Source: a virus
Strand: one strand, 5' to 3'
Virus genome (UHGV): UHGV-0201879
Length of the DNA: 64,000 nt
Below are positions 28,483 to 37,903 of this stretch, piece by piece. Each line of letters opens with the position of its first letter. Within the stretch, counting starts at the first letter, position 1. The position numbers and the translations under genes were made by a program. The notes beneath the pieces are model-generated. The model did not search any database and was not told where the DNA came from. It was given only the letters and a program-made list of their open reading frames with translations.

Positions 28483-28617
28483 TCATTTTCAATTTGTGCA
28501 GGTATCTATAGAGGTCTGTGCAGATATCTCGAAAAATTTCATCACCGGATAGAAAAATCATTTTAGAAACGTGCAGGTGAGGACGGGCTAGAAAAATCAT
28601 TTTCAAATCGTGCAGGT
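28483..28617. repeat. three imperfect direct repeats (TAGAAAAA)TCATTTT-N6-GTGCAGGT
   Basis: copies at 28483-28503, 28550-28578, 28589-28617 in a non-coding gap. Confidence 0.85.
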
Positions 28618-28794
28618 AGGGGGGTGGAGGTGGGGAGGTCGCCATTTCTCACACGACTACCACATCTGGAAATCGAAGTCAACAGAAAAATTTATAACGG
28701 CTGAAAAAATAATTCTGGACTTGATTTTCATAGTATGCTATCACGCGCACCCGTTCCTTTTCCCAACCTTATAAAAAATATTTAATAAAAACCG

Positions 28795-28823
28795 TTGACA
28801 CGTTAAAGAGATTTCCGTACTAT
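28795..28823 (+). promoter_or_regulatory. early sigma70 promoter with UP element
   Basis: TTGACA-17-TACTAT, A-tracts upstream. Confidence 0.85.
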
Positions 28824-28874
28824 TTGCATCAGACGGGCAAGCAAGCCCACTTCCTAAACTGGAGAATCTAAAAA

Positions 28875-29063
28875 ATGGCAGCAAGAAAAATTAAAGTCGG
28901 CGATGAGGTTAACATCAAGCACGAACATTCTTACAAAATGCTAACTATACGCGCTTACAAGGTTTATCAGGTGGAAGCTATCCATGAAGATAACACATTT
29001 TCCTTAAAAGGGTATAGCGAACGTTTCCCCGCTGAACTCTTTGAGAAATGGAGCGTAAAATAA
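28875..29063 (+). CDS. early hypothetical protein (SH3/KOW-like)
   Basis: IKVGDEV motif; strong RBS. Confidence 0.8.
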   Translation: MAARKIKVGDEVNIKHEHSYKMLTIRAYKVYQVEAIHEDNTFSLKGYSERFPAELFEKWSVK

Positions 29064-29269
29064 TGCTTTACAGTCGTGAATTGATGGTTACAACTAACGT
29101 TAACACAAAGGCAAAACGTTTTTACATGCAAATCTGCGGCGTATGGTCCAGAATATCAGAGGCTGACTATTGCAACTATGTAGAAACGTCTATTAATTCT
29201 AATTGCTACCTTACAAGCAATACAAGAAATTTTATAAGACAGACAGCGATTTACTACTACGATAAATAA
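29063..29269 (+). CDS. early hypothetical protein
   Basis: TAATG coupling. Confidence 0.7.
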   Translation: MLYSRELMVTTNVNTKAKRFYMQICGVWSRISEADYCNYVETSINSNCYLTSNTRNFIRQTAIYYYDK

Positions 29270-29276
29270 AAAGTAC

Positions 29277-29305
29277 TTTACAGGGGGCTTATAGTTCGAT
29301 AAAGT
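29277..29305 (+). promoter_or_regulatory. early sigma70 promoter
   Basis: TTTACA-17-TAAAGT; part of an approximately 90 bp unit duplicated at 29630. Confidence 0.75.
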
Positions 29306-29356
29306 AAGCCCCAGATAAAGAGCTTTACCACTAAATCCTAAACTGGAGAATCTAAA

Positions 29357-29629
29357 ATGTACACCACTAACAACGGTCACACCTTAAACGTTACCCTTCG
29401 CCATTATGTTGACGGGGAGCTGCACCTAGAAGACTTAAAAGCTGAATCACATATTCTTGATTGGCAAGTTGCAGGACTTACAAAAACTGCAACGGGGTAC
29501 GGTAAAAAGATTCCAACAAGCTGGAAAGTTAGATACATGGGCCGACTTCGTAGAATTTATCAAGATGTTTTTAGTAATGCAGCAAAAAGTTATATCATCG
29601 TTAACGGGAAAAAGTTGTCAGTAGTTTAA
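29357..29629 (+). CDS. early hypothetical protein
   Basis: TATGYGKKIPT..RLRRIY motif; strong RBS. Confidence 0.8.
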   Translation: MYTTNNGHTLNVTLRHYVDGELHLEDLKAESHILDWQVAGLTKTATGYGKKIPTSWKVRYMGRLRRIYQDVFSNAAKSYIIVNGKKLSVV

Positions 29630-29637
29630 AAAAGTAC

Positions 29638-29666
29638 TTTACAGGGGGCTTAAAAGGCGATAGATT
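29638..29666 (+). promoter_or_regulatory. early sigma70 promoter
   Basis: TTTACA-17-TAGATT. Confidence 0.75.
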
Positions 29667-29717
29667 AAGCCCCAGATAAAGAGCTTTACCACTAAATCCT
29701 AAACTGGAGATTCAAAA

Positions 29718-30281
29718 ATGAAATGCTATCACGGTACTACCCTCAAAAACTTTGTAAACCTGCTGAATGGTGGCGACAAGCCGGAAGGAATCTGGAACTG
29801 CTCCTACATGGACGATTGTTTTTACGTTTATCCGATGGATAAGGTTGTCAAAATGGAATGTTTGGAAGATGAGGAAGTTTCTTATATCCGTGAACGCTGC
29901 ATTCAAAACGCTTTAGAGTCTGGGCTTATTACGGCGTCTTTCCAAATGGAAACGCAGGACGTGATTATCATTGAAATGGATATACCAGAGGAAGAGTTAG
30001 AGGATGATTATTCTTGTGACAACATGAGCGATATCGCCAGCTTTACAGGTCACTTTGATAAAGATTGGATTATCGGCATTCACTCCGCGAAATTTAGTGC
30101 GATGTATGCACCTTTCTTTGTACCGGATGCAACTAATCGCAACTTAGGGTATGTTGATGAAGATTTATTAAGTATTGCGAAAATTGTACAGAATAGCGGT
30201 GATAGTTCCGTTTATTGTGACCTGCTGGATAAAATCACGGCAAGCCTCACAGAACGCAATCTAAGCGACTTTTTAGGCTAA
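29718..30281 (+). CDS. early acidic hypothetical protein
   Basis: 187 aa; N-terminal YHGT motif. Confidence 0.8.
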   Translation: MKCYHGTTLKNFVNLLNGGDKPEGIWNCSYMDDCFYVYPMDKVVKMECLEDEEVSYIRERCIQNALESGLITASFQMETQDVIIIEMDIPEEELEDDYSCDNMSDIASFTGHFDKDWIIGIHSAKFSAMYAPFFVPDATNRNLGYVDEDLLSIAKIVQNSGDSSVYCDLLDKITASLTERNLSDFLG

Positions 30282-30344
30282 CCCATACAAAGACACCAAC
30301 TTTTAACTTTAGGCCCGTAGAGGGCCGTTTAGAGGGCTTTAATC

Positions 30345-30587
30345 ATGCTTACTACTATCTATCTCATTCTTTCTATCTGCACCGGGCCAAATAGCTGCGA
30401 ATATGGCATAGTTGACACCTTTCAGGGCCAGCCAAAAGATGCAGTGATGGATTGCATGACAGAGAAAGAGTCATACCCGCAAAAACTTCAAACGGGTTGC
30501 TACGTTAAACAGGGAGAAGACAAAGAGACAGAGTATTACGAAAGCGTAGACGATAGCAGCGATGAATTTTTAGAAATCTATAAGTAA
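30345..30587 (+). CDS. early hypothetical protein
   Basis: 80 aa, hydrophobic N-terminus, four Cys. Confidence 0.75.
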   Translation: MLTTIYLILSICTGPNSCEYGIVDTFQGQPKDAVMDCMTEKESYPQKLQTGCYVKQGEDKETEYYESVDDSSDEFLEIYK

Positions 30588-30591
30588 AGTA

Positions 30592-30620
30592 TTGACAAGG
30601 GGCTGAATAGCCCCTACTAT
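30592..30620 (+). promoter_or_regulatory. early sigma70 promoter with palindromic spacer
   Basis: TTGACA-AGGGGCTGAATAGCCCC-TACTAT. Confidence 0.85.
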
Positions 30621-30662
30621 ACAGCCTCAAGCAACAACTTTCCTAAACTGGAGATTCAAAAA

Positions 30663-31004
30663 ATGGCACACGTTCTCATCATTACCGATAAACAACATTC
30701 TTCATGGTCAACTGCTGTTAGCGATAAGATGACACCCTTTCAATGCCTCAAATACTTTGAACAGTGGAATCGTGAAGAGAATACTACCCCTTTTCACGTT
30801 CTCCAGATAGTCCACACAGACAACGAAGGTAATAAAACGACACTGAATAGCGAGTATTACGCAAATCGTTTTGAGAGTCGAGTAGAAACAATGAAGGGCT
30901 TACGTGAGGCCGGATATGGGCACATTGCCGCCCTGTTATGGGATAGCCTCTTAAAATCCCAACAAATGACCTTTGTTAAACCTGAAAAAATATTCATCAG
31001 TTAA
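30663..31004 (+). CDS. early hypothetical protein
   Basis: 113 aa; repeated RBS. Confidence 0.8.
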   Translation: MAHVLIITDKQHSSWSTAVSDKMTPFQCLKYFEQWNREENTTPFHVLQIVHTDNEGNKTTLNSEYYANRFESRVETMKGLREAGYGHIAALLWDSLLKSQQMTFVKPEKIFIS

Positions 31005-31036
31005 TCAATAACTTACAAAAAACTTGAAAAAAGTTG

Positions 31037-31065
31037 TTGACATGCCCCCTTGACAAGGGTAACTT
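31037..31065 (+). promoter_or_regulatory. early sigma70 promoter
   Basis: TTGACA-17-TAACTT. Confidence 0.7.
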
Positions 31066-31160
31066 TGTTCGAGGGGGTTTTCACTTAAAAGGCTTAACTT
31101 TATAATCTTTATAGATACTATATAGATTGTTCGTCATTCCTAAACTGGAGAATCTAAATA

Positions 31161-31295
31161 ATGTTTCACTTTCTCGATATCATCCTCGTTTCTATGTTGT
31201 CTTTGTTGGCTGTTCTTCCTGCTTTGATTGTATGGTCCGAAATAGATGATTATTTATTTCAAAAAAGACTAGACAGAGACAAAAAAAGTCTGTAA
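31161..31295 (+). CDS. small single-TM early protein (44 aa)
   Basis: repeated RBS motif; MFHFLDIILVSMLSLLAVLPALIVW... Confidence 0.75.
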   Translation: MFHFLDIILVSMLSLLAVLPALIVWSEIDDYLFQKRLDRDKKSL

Positions 31296-31367
31296 AGTTC
31301 ACTACATAGACGGGGGGAACACAACATACCCCCCAAATCAAAGAATCCTTAAACTAGGAGAATCTAA

Positions 31368-31898
31368 ATGAACAAGTTTCAAGCTATCAATTACATTCGT
31401 TCAAATGCTGTAATGTCCAAGCCTGTAAAAGATACCTATGAATTTCGTTGCAATGGTGAACATTTCGCAACCATCACCAAATCAGAAAACGGAGCTTATT
31501 ATATCCATCGTCGTAATGTTTCTACGGTTGTAGTTTCTAACTTTATGCAAGCGGTAGCGGAACTCCTCCCAATGTTTTTAGCGCTTCACTTAGATGAGTG
31601 TAAACACATTCATAACCGCGTTAAAAACCTTTTAAACGATTATAGGATGGCTTATGAACGTTCTTTACAGTCATTGAATAAGTTTTATAAAGCCCCTGAA
31701 AATACTGTATCAATGGCCTATGGCGTAGGCGGTTGGACTGTCAGCCTTCACGAAGTGGAAGAAATCGAGCTTTACGACCATCGCCCAAATGGTTACGCTA
31801 AAACACTGGGGGAAGGGTTAATGATGAATATCAAGAACTTAGAAAAAACTTTAAGAGAAATTGAAAAAGACATTGACGAGACAATCACGAATCTGTAA
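31368..31898 (+). CDS. early hypothetical protein
   Basis: 176 aa; promoter TAGACA-17-TAAAGT at 31270-31298. Confidence 0.8.
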   Translation: MNKFQAINYIRSNAVMSKPVKDTYEFRCNGEHFATITKSENGAYYIHRRNVSTVVVSNFMQAVAELLPMFLALHLDECKHIHNRVKNLLNDYRMAYERSLQSLNKFYKAPENTVSMAYGVGGWTVSLHEVEEIELYDHRPNGYAKTLGEGLMMNIKNLEKTLREIEKDIDETITNL

Positions 31899-31963
31899 AG
31901 TGTCTTTTAACGGGGGATGACCTCCCCCAACTAAATAAATTCCTAAACTGGAGATTCTAAACT

Positions 31964-32212
31964 ATGTCTACTATCCGCGTAACTGTTAATGCTTATGGCT
32001 GTCATAAACTTGATGCAAAACTCGATATCGGTGGAACAGATAACACCTTTGACCTCATCAAAATGATGATTCAGCAAGTGATTCCAGACTATAGTCCTAC
32101 AGATGACTTTTGGAAAGATGCAGTAAAAGAGGCATTAAACGATGAATCCCACTATCATTACTGGGGTGACTTGATTGTGTCTCTGTATTACAAGAAAGGA
32201 GAAATTTTCTAA
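31964..32212 (+). CDS. early hypothetical protein
   Basis: 82 aa; promoter TTGACG-17-TAAAGT at 31873-31901. Confidence 0.8.
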   Translation: MSTIRVTVNAYGCHKLDAKLDIGGTDNTFDLIKMMIQQVIPDYSPTDDFWKDAVKEALNDESHYHYWGDLIVSLYYKKGEIF

Positions 32213-33127
32213 TAATCTAATAAGGGGCTTTATAGCCCCTTTGTCGTATCTGCTACACCTCACCTTTGTGATAAAGCTAAAAGGGCTTTTAAATATCCTC
32301 TTCGTCTCTCTCTTCAATCCAACCATAACCCCCACAAAGGGGAAAGGTTGCTTTAAGTAGTAACGTAATAGCCCCTAAAACGCTTCATAGCGCCTTAAAA
32401 GACCTTTAGGTATCCTACCCTATTACAGACCACTAAAAAGCCTTTGTAGGGCTTTACAGTAAGCCTATCAAGTTCTTTGACTAGTGACATTACATAGGCT
32501 TGTCTACGTAGCACTATCAAACTACTTTGTAAAGCCTTCAAAGGCACTTTATAGAATCTAATTAGATATCTATGGTTGAGACTAGAAAGGAGACTAGAAA
32601 GACTCTTTGCAGTTACTTAAAAGTACTCAAAAGTTACTAAAAAGTAACGCTAACACTAGCCCCCTTTACATCCCCTTAACAAAACTTTAACAATCCCTTC
32701 CAAGACCCTACAAAATCCCCTGTATAGTCTCTCTTACGTAGTCAATGAGTAGTGACCCCCTATAGAAGCCTTCTAAATAGCTCTGTAAAGCCCTTAACAG
32801 TACTTCGTAGTATCTTCATAGCCCCCCACTTAGAAAACCTCTTAGACAGCCTCTTATAAGCCTTCTTAGAAGGTCACACAGTCTTTACATCTTGTTAACA
32901 CTTACACAGACCTTTAAAGAATCTTTTAAGAACTTGTTAAATCTTTGTAACAACTTTGTAGAATCTATCAAGCCACTGTAAAGACTCTTACACCCTTGTT
33001 AACAGCTTGTTAAGATTGTTAAGAGCTATGTAGGACTGTAGAGAACTTGTTAGATAATTGTTAAGATTGTTAAAGATATTCGTAGATTTTGCAAAGGGTA
33101 TGTTAAAGGCTGTGGAGACGGTACTAA

Positions 33128-33197
33128 GAGGGTATAGATTTCTTCGTAGAATCTTTGAAAAGGAGGGTATAGATTTCTTTACAGAATCTTTGAAAAG
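33128..33197. repeat. 35 bp tandem direct repeat
   Basis: GAGGGTATAGATTTCTT(CGT/TAC)AGAATCTTTGAAAAG x2. Confidence 0.9.
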
Positions 33198-33603
33198 GTC
33201 TTAGAAGACTCCTTAGAAGAGGACTTAGAAGTCTCTTAAAAGACTCCTTAGATAGTGGACACAGATATCTATAAAGGGTCCAAGAAGTGTCTTAGAAACC
33301 ACCTTAGACGTCTTATAATAAAAAACAGATAAAAACAGAGACATAGATATCTTAGAAGAATCTTAGAAATCCCTTATAAATCAAGGCTTAGTAGAATTTT
33401 ATAAAAAATTTCTGTTAAGAAAATCTTTTCAGTACCTTGTTAAGGCTTAATCACAAGGTCAGGTATGAGGTTTAGAAGGGACTTAGAAGGAACTTTAGAA
33501 GTGTCTTATAAGGACTTAGAAAGGTGGTATGCAATCCCCTCTAAGGGATATTTTTGAAGTGTGGTTCTGAAGGGATTATGAAGGGGGCTATCTAAAATTT
33601 TAT

Positions 33604-33631
33604 AAAAAATAAAGGGAGCTAAAAAGCTCCC
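33604..33631 (-). terminator. intrinsic terminator of minus-strand block
   Basis: GGGAGCT/AGCTCCC hairpin with T-rich tail on minus strand. Confidence 0.7.
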
Positions 33632-33645
33632 CTTCAAAGGTCTAC

Positions 33646-34188
33646 TTAGTACCCGTTAAGAGTTCGTAGTTGAGAGTCATCAATCACAACGTAATGAGAC
33701 TTTCCACCAATCGTAATAGGTAACATGGATTTCATTGGTTGTCCTTTCGGTACTACCAGACCTATGAAACTAAGTTCACTAACCAGTCTTTTTGTTGGTT
33801 CTTCACCTTCAATTTCAAATGTCCAGTCATCTCCTTTAACTGTGATGGTTATCGGGAAAAGACCCAGAGTAATAGTCTTAAAGACTTGACTTTTACTGTC
33901 TGCTACGGTCTTAGAAAGAGTCTCGTAGAAGCTATCACACTCCAGCACAGTAAGAGCCTTCATAGGACGAACTTTGTAGTGACGTAGTGACCACGTAGTA
34001 CCTGCACCATGCTCTGAGAAGGTAAGATGTTCACCCTTAATGAAGAAAGGTGAGTTAGACTTCTCAACCTCTACTAACATGTTCCCACCAGCAATCTGTA
34101 TTACCGTACCGAATGAGTGAACCTCTTGACCATCATAACCATAATCACGGTAGATAGTGACCTTCTGACTTAGGTGAAATTTATCCAT
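33646..34188 (-). CDS. hypothetical protein
   Basis: 180 aa, GAGAG RBS. Confidence 0.75.
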   Translation of the reverse strand: MDKFHLSQKVTIYRDYGYDGQEVHSFGTVIQIAGGNMLVEVEKSNSPFFIKGEHLTFSEHGAGTTWSLRHYKVRPMKALTVLECDSFYETLSKTVADSKSQVFKTITLGLFPITITVKGDDWTFEIEGEEPTKRLVSELSFIGLVVPKGQPMKSMLPITIGGKSHYVVIDDSQLRTLNGY

Positions 34189-34203
34189 CTTTCATCTCTC
34201 TCT

Positions 34204-34650
34204 CTATTTAAGTTGTTCTGCTACTAACTTCTTCTTAAGAAACTCTGCAACAAGCTGTGGAGTAACCTTATCAGACTGTAGAGATTCTTTCAAGCAGATG
34301 TAAGCCCTGTCAAGAGCCTTCACGATATCTGCATGGTCCTCTTTAAGGCAAGATAAGTAGATACTTGCAGAGTCTTCTTCAATCTTCGGTACGATGTAGT
34401 AGTTACCTTCATTGTACAGATGGTGACGTTTATGTCTCCACTCACCTTCAGGGGTAAAACTCATGAAGTCCCCGATACCAAACTCGTGAGAGTACCCCTC
34501 TATGTGGAGTTTGTTAATTATCTTAGTGACCTTAGTCTTGATAGGGTATTCAGTAGGGATGGTTTCCAGACCGTAGCATTCCACTTCAAGATATGCTTTA
34601 CCGGAGCCATCCAGTACGATGAACTTATCACCTGCTTTAGCATTCAGCAT
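34204..34650 (-). CDS. hypothetical protein
   Basis: 148 aa coupled ORF. Confidence 0.75.
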   Translation of the reverse strand: MLNAKAGDKFIVLDGSGKAYLEVECYGLETIPTEYPIKTKVTKIINKLHIEGYSHEFGIGDFMSFTPEGEWRHKRHHLYNEGNYYIVPKIEEDSASIYLSCLKEDHADIVKALDRAYICLKESLQSDKVTPQLVAEFLKKKLVAEQLK

Positions 34651-34879
34651 CTTTCTTCACCTTATCACGCTTGGTTTGCTTCTTAGGCTTTTCTTCTACT
34701 TCTTCCTCAACAACCTCTACAGGTTCTGGAGTGATTGGGTAAGCCTTGTTAATCAGGGCTTCCAAGTCACACTTAAGAATCACCACAGGTTGAGTGTCAA
34801 AGTAAGACTGATTTAGATAGTCTCTGAAGTCTTCCATCTTAGCAAATCTTGACAGGTCTTCTGGTTGTTTTCTAATCAT
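34637..34879 (-). CDS. hypothetical protein
   Basis: 80 aa coupled ORF. Confidence 0.7.
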   Translation of the reverse strand: MIRKQPEDLSRFAKMEDFRDYLNQSYFDTQPVVILKCDLEALINKAYPITPEPVEVVEEEVEEKPKKQTKRDKVKKDAEC

Positions 34880-35343
34880 TACTCTTCAATCTCCACATTG
34901 TATTTTTCACATTCATCTTCGTAGTCTTTTTTGTAGTTCTTGCCCTTCATAGATTGCTTCATAGCAAGGTACACAGCAACTACATCGACTAAGAAGCATC
35001 CTAACTCAAAAGGCCAGTTAGTTGCAAGTGAAAAATCCATGTAGGACACTGAACAGACCAAGATAGTGACGATTGCGAAGATGTACGCTAAGATTGACCA
35101 CTGATATCCGTAGTAGTCGCTACCAAGCATTCTTCTGTATGGAGTGCAAAGTTTCAGGTAGGTTTCTTGCAAGTCTTCATAGAACTTTTGCAGGTAGATT
35201 TGGTCATAACCTTCAAAGATACCTACACCACGGTATTCACCGCTGTCTAATAGTGTGATTTTCCCAGACTGACCATCTGGTTTTACGACTTTGAAAGACT
35301 GACCAGCCTTTTCTTCTTGAAATTGTAGAATGTCTCTTTTCAT
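34879..35343 (-). CDS. two-TM membrane protein
   Basis: two hydrophobic helices. Confidence 0.75.
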   Translation of the reverse strand: MKRDILQFQEEKAGQSFKVVKPDGQSGKITLLDSGEYRGVGIFEGYDQIYLQKFYEDLQETYLKLCTPYRRMLGSDYYGYQWSILAYIFAIVTILVCSVSYMDFSLATNWPFELGCFLVDVVAVYLAMKQSMKGKNYKKDYEDECEKYNVEIEE

Positions 35344-35393
35344 TTCTCTAAACCTTATGTTTAAGGGGGCTATAAAACCCCCTTTTCAGTAAT

Positions 35394-35948
35394 TTATTTG
35401 TTCGGTAGTAAGGCACTGCGTTTAGGCTTACTCACCTTCTCAAGATATTGGATAAATGTGTCACCCAGACCTTTCCAAGGGCTAAAATCAGGAATCTCTT
35501 TACGGATTTCCTCAATGATGGTGTTCAGGGCTACATTCTTCAGCCACCATTCAGGTTTTGCTGGGTTCAGGATGTAGAAACCTTCATCATCCATAATAGG
35601 AGCCTCAATAGCTGGAGACATAACGGTTGTAATGATTGAACCGTTGTTCATGTAGTAGTATCGCTTAGTGACCTTAGACAGAATCTTATGAAGGTCTGAG
35701 AACAAGTCTACAATGGCCTTCTGGTCAATTGAGTCACCAATCAGGTCTGAGCAGTATGCGATAGTCGCAGCATTTACATCTTTGTCGTTATACTTGAAAT
35801 ACTGAACATCTTCCTCTACACAGTACGAGATGTTGTCAACATTCATCGTAATCTTTGCGAATCGTGTAGGAGACTGCATGTTGTATTGGTGAACTGCGAT
35901 AAGGGGTTCGATTGTGCCAACTTTTTGGACTTTAGTAATCTCTGACAT
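35394..35948 (-). CDS. hypothetical protein
   Basis: 184 aa ORF. Confidence 0.75.
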   Translation of the reverse strand: MSEITKVQKVGTIEPLIAVHQYNMQSPTRFAKITMNVDNISYCVEEDVQYFKYNDKDVNAATIAYCSDLIGDSIDQKAIVDLFSDLHKILSKVTKRYYYMNNGSIITTVMSPAIEAPIMDDEGFYILNPAKPEWWLKNVALNTIIEEIRKEIPDFSPWKGLGDTFIQYLEKVSKPKRSALLPNK

Positions 35949-35949
35949 G

Positions 35950-36300
35950 TTAAAGTTTCCTTGTAAGGTATTTCTTTAATTGTGTATGTGGTGTCTTAAA
36001 AACTTCTAAAGATGAAATAGAGATGTTGTCACCTCTCATTCCAGTATGCAGATAGATTTGATACTCTAACATACCAATCATCTTTGAAGGAAGGTCGTAT
36101 CTGACGAAGAGAATCACTTCATCATCAACTTTATAAATTCGAATGTCTTTGTTACAAATTATCTTTTCAGGAACTTTGAAGTCGCCTAAGTCGAATAGGA
36201 CACAAAGTTTCTCCTGAGAACTAAAAAGCCTCATTGCGAGGCTTTCGTTGATATCAGAGAATTTGTCAAAGACCACTACGTGTAGGCTCTGCATCTTCAT
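35950..36300 (-). CDS. hypothetical protein
   Basis: 116 aa ORF. Confidence 0.7.
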   Translation of the reverse strand: MKMQSLHVVVFDKFSDINESLAMRLFSSQEKLCVLFDLGDFKVPEKIICNKDIRIYKVDDEVILFVRYDLPSKMIGMLEYQIYLHTGMRGDNISISSLEVFKTPHTQLKKYLTRKL

Positions 36301-36580
36301 ACTCTCTCAAGAAGAAGTAAAGAATCTTCTTACCGTGTAAGTAGAGGTCGAAACATGTCTGGGTGAAGGGCTGTCTTAGTTCGTCGTAAGCAACGAAAGA
36401 GTCACCTTTCTGGTCAACCTTCAGAGCATCTTTCTTGTACTTCAGGGAGTTTCCGTAGATTTTACGAATACCCTTCTCCAAAGTATCTGAAATATCCTGA
36501 CTGGTAATCTCCTGAAACAAATCCAACTCTTCAGTTACTTCCAACTCACTCACAGGAAAGATTATCTTGATTCTACTCAT
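36266..36580 (-). CDS. hypothetical protein
   Basis: 104 aa ORF, ATGA coupling. Confidence 0.7.
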   Translation of the reverse strand: MSRIKIIFPVSELEVTEELDLFQEITSQDISDTLEKGIRKIYGNSLKYKKDALKVDQKGDSFVAYDELRQPFTQTCFDLYLHGKKILYFFLREYEDAEPTRSGL

Positions 36581-36996
36581 CGTTGGATTACCTGAGTAAC
36601 ACTGATAATGTCTGTGTGGCTGATTTCACCAACTTGAGACTCGGAGACGAATGTGAAGGTAATCTCCACAGGCTCTTCTTCAGATTCTTCGACAGGTACG
36701 CCAGCAAGTTCGTCAAGGATTGACTGAACAGTCCAGTCTTCACCGCCATCTGGGTAGAAGATTGCGTATTTAGGGAACTCACGTCCAAACCATCCAAACA
36801 CAGGGCAACCATCTTCGTCGATACGGGTGCAGTGTAAGACAGAACCGGATTCAAACTCCAGACACATAGCTCCATACTGGTCTACGTAGATTACACCATT
36901 TGACAGAGGTCTTAGCTGTTCACCGTTCGGGGCTTCAGCACTGGTGTCAACTTTAACACGGATGGCTTTAACTTGGGTATGCACATCTTTATTCAT
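36577..36996 (-). CDS. hypothetical protein
   Basis: 139 aa ORF. Confidence 0.75.
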   Translation of the reverse strand: MNKDVHTQVKAIRVKVDTSAEAPNGEQLRPLSNGVIYVDQYGAMCLEFESGSVLHCTRIDEDGCPVFGWFGREFPKYAIFYPDGGEDWTVQSILDELAGVPVEESEEEPVEITFTFVSESQVGEISHTDIISVTQVIQR

Positions 36997-37387
36997 AATG
37001 TCCTTCCTCTGCTAGTTTAATTTTCTCTCTCAGCTTCTGAATCTGCCCTTCATGATACTCAATTTCTTGTTCATGACGCTTGACAGCCTTCTTAAGGAGG
37101 TTTTGATAGTAGCATACCAAAGAAGAATTTGTCAATGGCCCTTTGTGCACAATGTCGCAGTCCATCTCACCAAGGATTGTGTAAGCCCCGTTATCAGCCA
37201 CACTGTATGTGTCACCGAGTATCCAACCTTTGTTAGCAGCAGTTACTGGTGAGCGTCCAACAATTTCTACGACGAACCGTGTTTGTACCTCTGAACCAAC
37301 AGTTGTGACCTTTGAACCAGAGATTCTTACAGGTATCCCAGAGCGTGTGTAGAACGTTTTACCAATGTCTTCAGCGTAAATCTTCAT
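36989..37387 (-). CDS. hypothetical protein
   Basis: 132 aa ORF, GGAG RBS. Confidence 0.75.
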   Translation of the reverse strand: MKIYAEDIGKTFYTRSGIPVRISGSKVTTVGSEVQTRFVVEIVGRSPVTAANKGWILGDTYSVADNGAYTILGEMDCDIVHKGPLTNSSLVCYYQNLLKKAVKRHEQEIEYHEGQIQKLREKIKLAEEGHYE

Positions 37388-37400
37388 TTTCTATCTCCAT

Positions 37401-37430
37401 AAAACAAAAAAGACCCCCGAAGGAGTCTTT
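37401..37430 (-). terminator. intrinsic terminator
   Basis: minus strand AAAGACTCC-TTCG-GGGGTCTTTTT. Confidence 0.8.
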
Positions 37431-37438
37431 GGAATTTA

Positions 37439-37903
37439 CTATGCAGGGTATTTCGCGTCAAGATAAATATCTGCTTCGTATTTACGACGGTTTTTCAAAC
37501 CTTCGCTAACAACTTTCTCACCATTCACAGTGACTTTGTTCCACCACTGCATAGCTTCTGCACAACCAACTTTGTCGCCAGCGTTGTGACGTTTCAAGAA
37601 GGTTGATTCTTTAAAAGCTGGTGCACCGATGTTATAAGTTTCGATAACAAGAGCATCGAACTCGTTCTGTGTAGCTGGTGAAGACAGTTTTTCGTTAACT
37701 ACCGCTTCAGCCCATGTGATATCTTTAGAGAGACACTCTTCAGCTTTCTCTTTAGAAATCGTGGAACCCATCTTCACAGGTCCACCATCAACTTTTGTTG
37801 TACCATACCCGATAGTAGGTACTCCAGCAGAGTCTAAGTAGGCTTCTTCACGGAAGCCTTCAAGGAATTTGAGGGCCGCTAAGCCCTCGTTGGATAATCT
37901 CAT
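37439..37903 (-). CDS. endolysin (GH24 lysozyme)
   Basis: EG.R..AY.D..G..TIGYG, QNEFDAL, GL..RR..E. Confidence 0.95.
   Translation of the reverse strand: MRLSNEGLAALKFLEGFREEAYLDSAGVPTIGYGTTKVDGGPVKMGSTISKEKAEECLSKDITWAEAVVNEKLSSPATQNEFDALVIETYNIGAPAFKESTFLKRHNAGDKVGCAEAMQWWNKVTVNGEKVVSEGLKNRRKYEADIYLDAKYPA

Larger units (their letters stand above)
28851..31966 (+). repeat. seven copies of leader/RBS motif TCCTAAACTGGAGA(A/T)TC(T/A)AA-ATG
   Basis: before ORFs at 28875, 29357, 29718, 30663, 31161, 31368 (variant), 31964. Confidence 0.9.
32213..33640. other. long repetitive non-coding region (candidate origin or terminus region)
   Basis: about 1.4 kb without credible ORFs; TTGTTAA and CTTAGA iterations; 35 bp tandem repeat 33128-33197. 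Confidence 0.65.

Noticed and set aside
28451..28645. 64 aa minus-strand ORF with repeated KMIFL
   Set aside because: Translation of the DNA repeats and G-tract; no RBS
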